Below are positions 50,679 to 60,011 of a DNA stretch of 64,000 bases, one piece after another. The notes beneath the pieces are model-generated. The model had not been told where the DNA came from. It saw only the letters and a program-made list of their open reading frames with translations, and ran no database searches. Within the stretch, counting starts at the first letter, position 1, and each line of letters starts with the position of its first letter. Location of the stretch: positions 78,433 to 142,432 of the forward strand of contig JBOEGF010000017.1 of NCBI GenBank assembly GCA_050633305.1, in the 5' to 3' direction. The translations under genes and the position numbers were made by a program. The DNA comes from Nannocystales bacterium. Lineage in GTDB: Bacteria > Myxococcota_A > Polyangia > Nannocystales > Nannocystaceae.

Positions 50679-51554
50679 AACATAGTGAAGGAAGAGCGGG
50701 TCGTCGTCGTCGGTGCGACCGGATACCTGGGACGGCACGTGGTCGCAGAGTTCGCGCGACGCGGGCATCACGTGTCGGCGGTCGTCCGCAAGGGGAAGAC
50801 CGTTCCAGGGGCCCACCGAATTATCGAAGCCGATGTGACGCAGCCTGCAACCCTGGCCGGAGCGTTGGACGGCGCCGCGCTCGTCTTCTCGGCCTTGGGG
50901 ATCACACGACAGACCGACAAGGTGACCTACGAGGACATCGAGTACACGGCCAACCACAACGTGTTGCACGAGGCGGCGCGAGCCGGGGTGAAACGCTTCG
51001 GTGTCATCTCCGCGGTCAACCCCGATGTTCTCGAGGGGCTGGCGATCATGGAGTCCCGAGAGCGGTTCATCGCAGAGCTTAGCGAGGCTACGGTTCCATC
51101 GACCGTCGTTCGGGCCACCGGGTTCTTCAGCGACCTCCAAGACGTCTTCGACATGGCCGCATCCGGGCGGTCCTACGTGATTGGAGACGGAACGACACGA
51201 GTCAACCCCGTGCACGGCGAAGACCTCGCCGCCGCCTCGGCCGACGCCATGCTCGCTCAACAGGACGAGATCGACGTCGGCGGCCCCGAGGTCTTCACCT
51301 GGAACGAGGTCGCCCAGACCGCATTCGCGGCCCTCGGTACGCCGGCGAAGATCACCCACGTGCCTGCCTGGGTCGTGAAACTCGGGCTCCCGCTGATCCG
51401 CCCGTTTAACCGGCGGGTCTACGATGTGGGAAGCTTCATCGTACGCGGGGCCACCCACGACATGGTCGCGCCTTGCCACGGCCAACGTCGCCTCGCTCCA
51501 TTCTTCGAAACGCTCGCTCGTGCCCATTCCACCCGACCTCGCCTGGCAGCTTAG
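50673..51554 (+). CDS. Atypical SDR / NAD(P)H-binding oxidoreductase
   Basis: VVGATGYLG, SALGITRQ, RATGFFSD, NPVHGEDLA, VGGPE. Confidence 0.9.
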   Translation: MTNIVKEERVVVVGATGYLGRHVVAEFARRGHHVSAVVRKGKTVPGAHRIIEADVTQPATLAGALDGAALVFSALGITRQTDKVTYEDIEYTANHNVLHEAARAGVKRFGVISAVNPDVLEGLAIMESRERFIAELSEATVPSTVVRATGFFSDLQDVFDMAASGRSYVIGDGTTRVNPVHGEDLAAASADAMLAQQDEIDVGGPEVFTWNEVAQTAFAALGTPAKITHVPAWVVKLGLPLIRPFNRRVYDVGSFIVRGATHDMVAPCHGQRRLAPFFETLARAHSTRPRLAA

Positions 51555-51942
51555 TGACCAGCTCGGCCACGCGTACTCGGTCGTGCTGGGCGTCGCCCGC
51601 CGCGAGCTCGCCGGAGAGCCACTCTCTCCGGCCGAAGTGGTTGCCCTCGTGATTCTCACAGGCTTTCCCGAGGGTCTGACCCAGACCGCTTGGGGCGAGT
51701 ACCAAGGTGTCTCCCGCCAGCGGGCCCACACCATCGGAAACAAGCTCACCAGCGCCGGCCTCACCGAGGTCACGCGCGCCGGACGGGCGAGCACCGTCAC
51801 CCTCACGCGGGCCGGCCAAGCGCTCGTCGCTCGGGTTCAACCACGCACCTCCGAAGCGCTTGCCGAAACGCTGGACGGGCTGAGTACGGCCGAGGCGCGG
51901 GAGCTATCCAGGCTGCTTGCGAAGCTCACCGACGGAGCATGA
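51520..51942 (+). CDS. MarR family transcriptional regulator
   Basis: GLTQTAW...GVSRQRAHTIGNKL...GL...VTLTRAG, LSTAEARELSRLLAKL. Confidence 0.85.
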   Translation: MPIPPDLAWQLSDQLGHAYSVVLGVARRELAGEPLSPAEVVALVILTGFPEGLTQTAWGEYQGVSRQRAHTIGNKLTSAGLTEVTRAGRASTVTLTRAGQALVARVQPRTSEALAETLDGLSTAEARELSRLLAKLTDGA

Positions 51943-51974
51943 TTCGTGCGCCCTGCCGGCTCTCCGAAGCCGGA

Positions 51975-52778
51975 TCAGTCCCCCGCGGCCTGCACACCGC
52001 TGTTCGGAGCACGAAACGCGGGGTTCGACCGCAGCAACGCATGCCCGTCGCACAGCGCCTCAATCGTGTCGACCACCTGCTGGGCGTCGGCCGCCGAAGC
52101 CACAGCCGTGGGATGGGTCGCAAACAGAAGTGCCTTGGGGTCGATGCGCCCTTGTTCTACAGCTGGTGCGATGCGGCCGACACAGCGGCAACTCGCGGAT
52201 GCTGACACCAACCCGCAGTGGCTCGCAGTGAACCGCTGGACCCGGTCTCGGGCGCGAGAGAGCCGCTTGCGAAACGTGGGCGCCGAGACGTCCATGATCT
52301 GTGACGCTTCGTCGCCGGGGACCTCGAGGATCTCCCCCAGCAAGTAGGCCATACGATGGTCGCGGTCGAGACACTGCAACATCGCCTGAGTGCACGCGAT
52401 TTTGACCTCCGCGCGGAGCACAGCCCTCTCTGCGTCGGTGTAGCCCTCGGGCGCTTCGGCCGTGAGGCCATCGAGAAGGTCGGCGCCGAAGTCTTCGAAG
52501 GACAGAGTCTGCTCGGCCCGGCCGCGCTTCATGTTGAGGAGCGCTCGCACTGCGACACGGTACGTCCAGGTCCGAAAACTCGAGCGCCCTTGGAAGCTGG
52601 GCAACCCCGTGACGATGCGCAACAGGATCTCCTGGGTGGCATCCGCGGCGTCCTCGGGGTGCCAAAGCATCCGAATCGCGAGCCCGTAGACGTTGTCGCG
52701 AACGGCCTCGACCACCGACTCCAACGCGTCGGCGTCGCCCGCGACCGCTCGCTGCACCCGCTGCTCGACGGACTCCAT
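51975..52778 (-). CDS. ECF sigma factor with Cys-rich C-terminal extension
   Basis: DAADATQEILL, SSFRTWTYRVA, ACTQAMLQCL, TFRKRLSRAR, HCGLVSASASCRC. Confidence 0.9.
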   Translation of the reverse strand: MESVEQRVQRAVAGDADALESVVEAVRDNVYGLAIRMLWHPEDAADATQEILLRIVTGLPSFQGRSSFRTWTYRVAVRALLNMKRGRAEQTLSFEDFGADLLDGLTAEAPEGYTDAERAVLRAEVKIACTQAMLQCLDRDHRMAYLLGEILEVPGDEASQIMDVSAPTFRKRLSRARDRVQRFTASHCGLVSASASCRCVGRIAPAVEQGRIDPKALLFATHPTAVASAADAQQVVDTIEALCDGHALLRSNPAFRAPNSGVQAAGD

Positions 52779-52868
52779 CCTTTGCTTCTGCCACGCCCAC
52801 GTCGTCGTTTGGAAGAAAAACCATCCTGCCCGGTCACGCGCGCGCCGGCCCTCGTGTCCAAAGGCGTG

Positions 52869-53363
52869 ATGAACCGTTTGAGTGTCATCGTCCTTCCGCT
52901 CCTCGCCGTGGCGTGTGGCGGAAGCGTGTCTTCTCCAACCCAGCCCCAAGCCAAAACAAGCATGAGCACATCCAAAACCGAACAAGCCGTCTTGACCGCC
53001 GTCGAAGTCATGACCGCCGCCTTCCACGCCAAGGATATCGAGGGCGTGATGGCCAGCTACGCTCCGGGAGCGACGATCGTGTTTGAACCCGGCGTAGCCG
53101 TCGACGACCCGGCCGCGCAGCGAGAAGCGTTCGAGGGGTTCTTCGCCATCTCCCCACAGTTCACATACTCGGGACACGATGTCCTCGTGTCGGGGAACCG
53201 AGCCGTCCACTTCGCGCCATGGACCATGCGGGGAACCCAACCCGATGGCCAGGCCGTGGAGATGACGGGGCTGTCCGTCGCCGTCCTCGAACGCCAACCC
53301 GACGGCCAGTGGCTCATGGTGATCGACAACCCCTACGGCGGGCACTTGCTCGCCGCCGGCTAG
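52869..53363 (+). CDS. SnoaL/DUF4440 (NTF2-like) lipoprotein
   Basis: Lipobox LAVAC; AFHAKDIEGVMASYAPGA, VLERQPDGQWLMVIDNP. Confidence 0.85.
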   Translation: MNRLSVIVLPLLAVACGGSVSSPTQPQAKTSMSTSKTEQAVLTAVEVMTAAFHAKDIEGVMASYAPGATIVFEPGVAVDDPAAQREAFEGFFAISPQFTYSGHDVLVSGNRAVHFAPWTMRGTQPDGQAVEMTGLSVAVLERQPDGQWLMVIDNPYGGHLLAAG

Positions 53364-53392
53364 GGGCCGTCAGCTGGGGCGCGAGCAGCCCG

Positions 53393-54472
53393 CTAGATCG
53401 AGCCTCGGTCGATCGCCTTCGTCGCCATCCGTCCCAGCGCCGCAACCACAAGATCCAGCTTCGCAAAGCGCGGGTCCTTGGTGTGGCCCTTGGCAAAACG
53501 GAAGAAGATCTGCTGCACGATGACACCGATCTTCAGCAACCCGAACGCGTAGTAGAACAAGACGTCGGACACGTCGCGGCCGGTCTTCTCCGCGTACCGC
53601 TGTGCGATCTGGGCTCGGGTCAACCCACCCGGAGACGCCGTCGGGGACAGGCCCAGAGCCTGCCAAGCGGGGTCGTCCCCGGGCTCCGTCCAGTAGCCCA
53701 GCGTGGTCCCCAGGTCCATGAGCGGGTCGCCCACCGTGCACATCTCCCAGTCGAGGACCGCCACGATGCGCGTGGGGTCGGCGGGATCGAGCATGACGTT
53801 GTCGAACTTGTAGTCGTTGTGGATGAGCGTGTGCGCGACGTCTTCACGCATGTGCCCGCCCAGCCAATGCCCGACCGTGTCGAAGTCGGGGAGCGGCGAC
53901 GTCTTGGCGCGCTCGAGGCGGCGGATCCACCCCTCGACCTGACGCTTCACGTACTCGGGGCCACGGTCGAGCTGGTCCAGCCCGGTCTCGGCCAGGTCGA
54001 CCGCGTGTAGGTCCGCAAGACCATCCACCACCGTGCTGCACATTTTTCCGAACAACGCGGGGTCACCTCGTAGGGACTTGGGGAGCGCGTTGCGGACGAT
54101 CAGCCCACGGCGACGCTCCATCACGTAGAAATCACATCCGAGCACCTCATGATCGGTGCACAGCGCCAGAGGCTTGGGCGCGTGGGGATAGGGTCCCGCC
54201 AGCGCCGACAACACGGTGTGCTCGCGCTGCATGTCGTGTCCGGACTTCACCTGCGCACCAAAGGGTGGGCGCCGCAGGACGAACTCCTGGCCCCCCTTGC
54301 TCAAGAGGTAGGTCAGGTTGGAGAAGCCCGAGGGGAACTGCTCGACCCCGAGCGTTCCGGTGAACTCGGGGAGTGCGGTGCTGAGGTACCCGTCGAGGGC
54401 GTCCAAGTCGAGGGTCTCGCCCGACCGAACCGCCACCGCTGCGTCGAGGAGCTGCTCTGTGGAGTCGTTCAT
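53393..54472 (-). CDS. APH/choline-kinase-like phosphotransferase (ACAD10/11 kinase-domain type)
   Basis: QFPSGFSNLTY, VLRRPP, HDMQRE, FYVME, IHNDYKFDN, VLDWEMCTVGDP. Confidence 0.92.
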   Translation of the reverse strand: MNDSTEQLLDAAVAVRSGETLDLDALDGYLSTALPEFTGTLGVEQFPSGFSNLTYLLSKGGQEFVLRRPPFGAQVKSGHDMQREHTVLSALAGPYPHAPKPLALCTDHEVLGCDFYVMERRRGLIVRNALPKSLRGDPALFGKMCSTVVDGLADLHAVDLAETGLDQLDRGPEYVKRQVEGWIRRLERAKTSPLPDFDTVGHWLGGHMREDVAHTLIHNDYKFDNVMLDPADPTRIVAVLDWEMCTVGDPLMDLGTTLGYWTEPGDDPAWQALGLSPTASPGGLTRAQIAQRYAEKTGRDVSDVLFYYAFGLLKIGVIVQQIFFRFAKGHTKDPRFAKLDLVVAALGRMATKAIDRGSI

Positions 54473-55662
54473 GCTTGCCTCGCTTCTTTGAGAATCCGAC
54501 GCGCCACGACGGACTTGTGGACCTCGTCAGGGCCGTCGTAGATCCGCGAGCCGCGTTCGTGACGGTAGAACCACGACAACACCGTGTCGTCGGTGATGCC
54601 CAGTGCACCGTGGACTTGAATCGCGCGGTCGATGACCCGCATCAACACGTCGCTGGCGAAGAACTTGATCATCGAGATCTTCTGTCGGGCCGCCTTGGCA
54701 CCAACATCGTCGATGCTCCAGGCGGCATCGAGGACCAGCAAGCGTGCGGCCTCGATCTCCGCCGAGCACTCCGCGATCCAGTGCGCCACGGCTTGCTTCT
54801 CGCCCAGGGATTCGTGCGGGGTCAGCATCCGGGACGCGGCCCGGCTCGCCATCATCCCCAATGCCCGTCGACAGATGCCGATCCAGCGCATGCAGTGGTG
54901 AATCCGGCCGGGGCCAAGACGGGCCTGCGCGATCGAGAACCCGGCTCCGCGCGTCCCGAGCAGGTTCGCCTGGGGGACCCGTACGCCGTCGAAGGCGACC
55001 TCGGAGTGACTCATCCAGCCGTCGCCCTCCTCGCCCATGATCGGAATGTTGCGGGTCCGCGTATACCCCTGCGCGTCGGTCGGCACCACGACCATGCTGG
55101 CGCGCTGATGCGGCGGAGCATCGGGGTCGGTGACCGCCATCACGATGCAGAAGGCCGCGCCGTCCGCCGCGGTGGTGAACCATTTGCGACCGTCGAGGAC
55201 CCACTCCTCCCCTTCGAGGCGTGCCGTCGTCTCCAGCCACACCGGGTTGGACCCGGCACGCCCAGGCTCGGTCATTCCGAAACAGCTGCGGGTCTCGCCG
55301 GCCAGCAGCGGCTCCAAGAACCGCGTCTTGTGGTCGTCGGTTCCGTACTCGAGCAGCACCTCCATGTTGCCCGCGTCCGGGGCTTGGCAGTTCGCGACGT
55401 AGTGACCCAGCGGCGAGGCACCCAGGACCTCGGTCAACAGACCGTGCTCGAGCACGCTGAGACCCTGGCCGCCCGCGGCGGTGGGAATCTGCGGGAGCCA
55501 CAGGCTGGAACCCTTGAGTTCTTGCCGAATCGCATCAAGCTGCGGCTGCACCGCGTAGAAGCCCTCGGCGATCGCCTTGTGCTCCAGGGGCTCGAGGCGG
55601 GTGAGCAACGCGGCGGCAGCATCGAGTCGGGGGCGGAGATGGTCAGGAGTGGCGAAGTCCAT
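54469..55662 (-). CDS. Acyl-CoA dehydrogenase (ACAD10/11-type)
   Basis: NCQAPDAGNMEVL, FGMTEP, GRKWFTT, QARLGPGRIHHCMR, QVHGALG, RIYDGPDEVH. Confidence 0.95.
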   Translation of the reverse strand: MDFATPDHLRPRLDAAAALLTRLEPLEHKAIAEGFYAVQPQLDAIRQELKGSSLWLPQIPTAAGGQGLSVLEHGLLTEVLGASPLGHYVANCQAPDAGNMEVLLEYGTDDHKTRFLEPLLAGETRSCFGMTEPGRAGSNPVWLETTARLEGEEWVLDGRKWFTTAADGAAFCIVMAVTDPDAPPHQRASMVVVPTDAQGYTRTRNIPIMGEEGDGWMSHSEVAFDGVRVPQANLLGTRGAGFSIAQARLGPGRIHHCMRWIGICRRALGMMASRAASRMLTPHESLGEKQAVAHWIAECSAEIEAARLLVLDAAWSIDDVGAKAARQKISMIKFFASDVLMRVIDRAIQVHGALGITDDTVLSWFYRHERGSRIYDGPDEVHKSVVARRILKEARQA

Positions 55663-55678
55663 GTTGGTTTCTATCGGT

Positions 55679-56902
55679 TCACAGCAGCGCCCCGGCGACA
55701 CACGCAGAGGAGAAGTTGGCGAGGGTCGCCGCGAGCAGGGCTCGAACACCGAGCCGGGCGATGTCGTGTTTGCGTTCGGGGACCAAGCCTCCGAGGCCAC
55801 CGATCAGAATCCCGATGCTGGAGACGTTGGCAAACCCGGTGATCGCGAAGGTGGCGATGGACTGGCTCCGCGTGGACAGCGAACCCGAGACCTCGCGAAG
55901 CACGTCGAAGGCCACCAGTTCGTTGACCACCGTACGGGTTCCGAGAACCTTGCCGACCTCGAACGCCTCTTCGTACGGAACGCCCATCAGGAACGCGAGC
56001 GGCATGAACAGCCACCCAAACACACGCTCCAAGGTCAACGGAGCCCCACCGACGCTGAAGACCTCGAGGAAGGCGTTGCACAGCGCCACCAAGGCGATGA
56101 AGGCGATCAACATCGCGCCGACGTTGAGCGCAAGCTTCATGCCCTCGCTCGCGCCGCTGGACGCAGCGTCGAGGAGGTTGGCGTCGGTCTGCGGGATGTC
56201 GACGTCGACCTTGCCCGCGGTCAGGGGCGTCTGCGACTCGGGGACGACCAGCTTGGCCATCACCACCGAGATCGGTGCGGTCATCGCAACCGCCGTCAGC
56301 AGGTTCTCGATGGGGATCTTCCCAATCGAAACGTAGGCACCAAGAATCGCACCAGACACCGATGCCATCCCGGCGACCATGACCAAGAAGAGCTCGCTCT
56401 CGGTGAGCTTCGCAAGGAACGGGCGGATCGTGAGCGGGGCCTCGGTCTGCCCCATGAAGATCGACGCGCCCACCGCCAGAGACTCGGCGCCGCTGGTCCC
56501 CATCGTCCGCACCATCACCCACGCGAGCCCGCGCACGATGATCTGCATGACCCCGAGGTAGTAGAGGATGGAGAACAGCGAGGCGACGAACACGATGGTG
56601 GGCAGGATCTGAAACGCGAAGATCACTCCGAGGTTGGTCTCCCCTCCCCCTTGAGCCCCGAGCCCGCCAAAGACAAAGGCCGAGCCTTCGTAGGACTTTT
56701 GCAGGACTGTCGTCACGCCCTCCGACGCGGTCTCGAGGACCGCTCGTCCTGCCGCGACGCGTAACAGCAGCAGTCCGATGAGCCACTGCGCTGCGACGCC
56801 CCACAACACCGCACGCTTCGAGATGGCCTTTCGGTCGCGGCAGGCGGCAAAGGCCAGCCCGAGCATGACCATCGCGCCGCCGACCGAAACCAGTCGCTCC
56901 AT
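55679..56902 (-). CDS. nupC: Concentrative nucleoside transporter (CNT/NupC)
   Basis: FAFQILPTIVF, SGAESL, IFMGQTEAPL, GMASVSG, NELVAF, GFANVSSIGI. Confidence 0.95.
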   Translation of the reverse strand: MERLVSVGGAMVMLGLAFAACRDRKAISKRAVLWGVAAQWLIGLLLLRVAAGRAVLETASEGVTTVLQKSYEGSAFVFGGLGAQGGGETNLGVIFAFQILPTIVFVASLFSILYYLGVMQIIVRGLAWVMVRTMGTSGAESLAVGASIFMGQTEAPLTIRPFLAKLTESELFLVMVAGMASVSGAILGAYVSIGKIPIENLLTAVAMTAPISVVMAKLVVPESQTPLTAGKVDVDIPQTDANLLDAASSGASEGMKLALNVGAMLIAFIALVALCNAFLEVFSVGGAPLTLERVFGWLFMPLAFLMGVPYEEAFEVGKVLGTRTVVNELVAFDVLREVSGSLSTRSQSIATFAITGFANVSSIGILIGGLGGLVPERKHDIARLGVRALLAATLANFSSACVAGALL

Positions 56903-57954
56903 CAGGTGGCCTCGACTTCGTCAGAGAACCCGGACAGCTCGTCACCAATCGTCTCGAGAAATCGCCGTTTCTCGTGGAAAGGGAGGAAGGCCGACTTGAA
57001 CCCGTTCATGATGACCTGCTTGATGTCGTCCAACGAGAAGTCCATCTGCGCGTAGAGCAAGTGGAGTTCCTTGGACACCGTCGTGTCGGTGACCAAGCGG
57101 TTGTCGGTGTTGACCGTCACCCGGGCCCCGAGGTTGTAGTAGAGCTTCATCGGATGCGTGGGCAGGTCTTCGACCGCCCCCGTCTGCACGTTGGAAGACG
57201 GGCAGCACTCCAGCGGAATGCGGTGGTCGACCACGTAGTGCAGCAGGTCCCCGTCTTCGCGAAGCCGGCACCCGTGCCCCACCCGATGCGCGCCGCAGTC
57301 GTGGATGGCTTGGGCGATCGACGCGGGTCCGTAGGCTTCGCCCGCGTGAATCGTCACGTTGATGTTGTTCTTGCGCACCAGCTTGAACGCCTCGCTGTGC
57401 GCGACCGCCGGGTGGTCATGTTCGGCGCCCGCGAGATCGAAGCCCACCACGCCTCGGTTCTTGTAGGCGACCACAAGCTCCGCCATTTGCAGCGAGCTCT
57501 CCGGAGAAATGTTTCGGATGCCACAGAGGATGACGCGCGTGACCACCCCGTGTTCCAGCTCTGCGTCATGCGCGGCCGAAAGGACAGCCTCGACGATCTG
57601 GGTGAGGCGTAGGCCCTGACGCGTGTGCAGCATCGGGGCGTAGCGGACCTCCATGTAGCGGACGTTTTCCGCGGCCGCATCCGCGCACAGCTCGAACATG
57701 GCGCGGTAGATCGCGTCACGGGTTTGCAACACCCTCAGCGTGACGTCGAACGCCTTGAGATACTCCACCAAACTACCGGTGTTCTGTCCCAGCTTCATCG
57801 CGGCGCGCAGCCCGGCTTCGTCCTTGGCCGGCAATTCGACGTTTTGCTCCTGCGCGAGCTCGAGGAGCGTGGACAGGCGCATGGAGCCGTCCAGGTGGAC
57901 GTGCAGGTCCGTCTTGGGGAGCTTCTCGAACAGTTCTTCGGGCAGGGTCGCCAT
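56902..57954 (-). CDS. add: Adenosine deaminase
   Basis: PKTDLHVHLDGS, YMEVRYAP, GFDLAGAE, TIHAGE, RVGHG, CPSSN, NTDN. Confidence 0.95.
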   Translation of the reverse strand: MATLPEELFEKLPKTDLHVHLDGSMRLSTLLELAQEQNVELPAKDEAGLRAAMKLGQNTGSLVEYLKAFDVTLRVLQTRDAIYRAMFELCADAAAENVRYMEVRYAPMLHTRQGLRLTQIVEAVLSAAHDAELEHGVVTRVILCGIRNISPESSLQMAELVVAYKNRGVVGFDLAGAEHDHPAVAHSEAFKLVRKNNINVTIHAGEAYGPASIAQAIHDCGAHRVGHGCRLREDGDLLHYVVDHRIPLECCPSSNVQTGAVEDLPTHPMKLYYNLGARVTVNTDNRLVTDTTVSKELHLLYAQMDFSLDDIKQVIMNGFKSAFLPFHEKRRFLETIGDELSGFSDEVEAT

Positions 57955-58008
57955 GGTTGGCGGCCCACAGTAGCCGATCCGGCACCCATTGCCATAGACT
58001 CACAGGCC

Positions 58009-58728
58009 GTGAGCCGGGCAATGCGGACCGTGTGTGCTGGACTGGTGGTCATCGCCAGCGCCGGCTGTAGTCGTCCGCCGCTGGGGCAGTTCTGTCCCGA
58101 CGTCGCGGAGGGCGAGCTGGTCATCACCGAGATTCGCGGCCCGCAGACCGGCGGGGACAACCGCGGCCAGTGGTTCGAGGTCTACAACGCCTCGGATCGG
58201 GCCGTGGATCTGCGAGGGCTTCGCATCGAGCTGTACAACCTGCAAGGGGCTCTGGCTCCGCCGGCGCGGCCGATTCTCGTCCGGGGAGAGGACGTCGTCG
58301 TGCAGCCGGACGAATACGTGACGTTCGGACATCACGATCCGGCCGCCCTACCCGAGTTCGTCAACTACTCCTTCATCACGGACTACTTCACGAGCCCCAG
58401 CCTCAACGAAGACGAGGTGCTCGAGCTCTTGGACCTCGGCTTAGAGCCCGAGGATTTTGGCGGCCGCCAGCCCAAAGACCTCGAGCGTTCCGGACGGATC
58501 GACCTCGTGGCATGCGATGCCCTCATCGACCGCGTTCGCTACGAGGACCTGCCCAGGGAGGGAACGTTGAGCTTCGACGGCGCCCTGCGACCTGATGCTG
58601 TCGACAACGACGAACTCGAGAATTTCTGCACCAATGAGGCAGAGGAGGAGCTTGCCCCGGGCGAGCCCCGAAACTTCATCGGCCTGCCCGGAAGTCCACA
58701 GGAGGAGAACCCCGCATGCGAAGACTGA
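58009..58728 (+). CDS. Lamin tail domain (LTD) lipoprotein
   Basis: Lipobox IASAGC; GELVITEIRG, QWFEVYNASDRAVDLRG, GSPQEENPAC; start GTG 58009 or ATG 58021. Confidence 0.8.
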   Translation: MSRAMRTVCAGLVVIASAGCSRPPLGQFCPDVAEGELVITEIRGPQTGGDNRGQWFEVYNASDRAVDLRGLRIELYNLQGALAPPARPILVRGEDVVVQPDEYVTFGHHDPAALPEFVNYSFITDYFTSPSLNEDEVLELLDLGLEPEDFGGRQPKDLERSGRIDLVACDALIDRVRYEDLPREGTLSFDGALRPDAVDNDELENFCTNEAEEELAPGEPRNFIGLPGSPQEENPACED

Positions 58729-60011
58729 TCTCGACGGGGGTCCTGGGGCTCCTTCTGGGGCTCACGGCCAGCTGCGGCCGCACAACGGTCCATTACAGCC
58801 GCCAAGCCCTCGCCGATTCTCTCGGGACCCCGGATGCACAGGCTGAGGCGGGGCTGTCCCTCGGCGAATTCGCCCTCGCTCCAGGCGCCGTCGTCGATGG
58901 CGACACCCTCAAGGTCGTCGGGCTCGACGCCAGCTTGCGGCTTCTGGGCCTCGACACCGAGGAGACGTTCAAGTCCGAGAAGGACCGTCGCTTGTACGAA
59001 TCGCTCGGGTTCGAGGCCTACATGGCCAAGAAGGGCGAGGGATCCGACCGCCCAGCCAAATGCGCCACGCCGCTGGGCGACGACGCCAAGAAGTTCGCCC
59101 AGGCGTTCTTCGTTGGCGATATCAGCGTCAAGCTCGAACGCGACCATGCGAAGGACATGCGGGGCCGATTCGGACGCCTGCTCACCTACGTCTTCGTCAA
59201 GCGCGGCGACGAGTGGATCAACTACAACGTCGAGGCCGTACGCGCCGGCATGAGCCCCTACTTCACCAAGTACGGGTACTCGCGGCGCTTCCACGACGAG
59301 TTCGTCCAAGCTCAAAAAGAGGCTCGCGAGGCAGAGCGGGGGATCTGGGATCCCAGCCTCGAGCACTACCGAGACTACGACCGCCGGTTGGAGTGGTGGG
59401 ACGCGCGTGGAGACTTCATCGCCCGGTTCGAGGAAGACGCACAGGGACGCGAGGACATGATCATGCTCGGCCACTGGGACGCGCTCGAGCGGATCGCCGC
59501 GATGGAGGGCAAGGAGATCGAAGTGCTTGCCGGAGTCGGAGAGATCTACCCTGGAGAGGGCGCTCGTCCGACCCGCGTGATGCTCAGCAGGCGAATGTTC
59601 TCGGACTTCCCGCTGATTTTCTTCGATGAAGACGTGGTGTTGAGTTCCCGTATCGAGGAGGCGAAGGGCGAGTTCGCCAGAGTCCGCGGCACGGTCAGCG
59701 CCTACACGTACAAGTCGCGTCGGCGCCGTGACGACGAGGACCGCACCCAGCTTCAGATCGAGGTGAAGCTGTCACAGCAAGTGATCATCTCTGACACCGC
59801 GCCCGGGTCCCCGAGCCGTACCCTGCTCGAGCCAGCGCCCCAGCCCGAGGACGCGCCCGACCCCTACGAGGCCGCAGCGACGGCTCCTCCAGCGGCTCCG
59901 CCGGCTCCCGATGTCTCGGACACGCCTCCCGAGGAGCCAGCCTCAGACTCCCCCATCGAAGACCCCCCGCCGGCCCCGGAAGCCGGCCCCACAGGAGACC
60001 GACAGCCATGA
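58716..60011 (+). CDS. Thermonuclease (SNase-like) lipoprotein with C-terminal OB-fold-like domain
   Basis: Lipobox LTASC; VDGDT, LRLLGLDTEE, GRFGRLLTYV, EAREAERGIW; C-terminal ARVRGTVSAY; Pro-rich tail. Confidence 0.88.
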   Translation: MRRLISTGVLGLLLGLTASCGRTTVHYSRQALADSLGTPDAQAEAGLSLGEFALAPGAVVDGDTLKVVGLDASLRLLGLDTEETFKSEKDRRLYESLGFEAYMAKKGEGSDRPAKCATPLGDDAKKFAQAFFVGDISVKLERDHAKDMRGRFGRLLTYVFVKRGDEWINYNVEAVRAGMSPYFTKYGYSRRFHDEFVQAQKEAREAERGIWDPSLEHYRDYDRRLEWWDARGDFIARFEEDAQGREDMIMLGHWDALERIAAMEGKEIEVLAGVGEIYPGEGARPTRVMLSRRMFSDFPLIFFDEDVVLSSRIEEAKGEFARVRGTVSAYTYKSRRRRDDEDRTQLQIEVKLSQQVIISDTAPGSPSRTLLEPAPQPEDAPDPYEAAATAPPAAPPAPDVSDTPPEEPASDSPIEDPPPAPEAGPTGDRQP

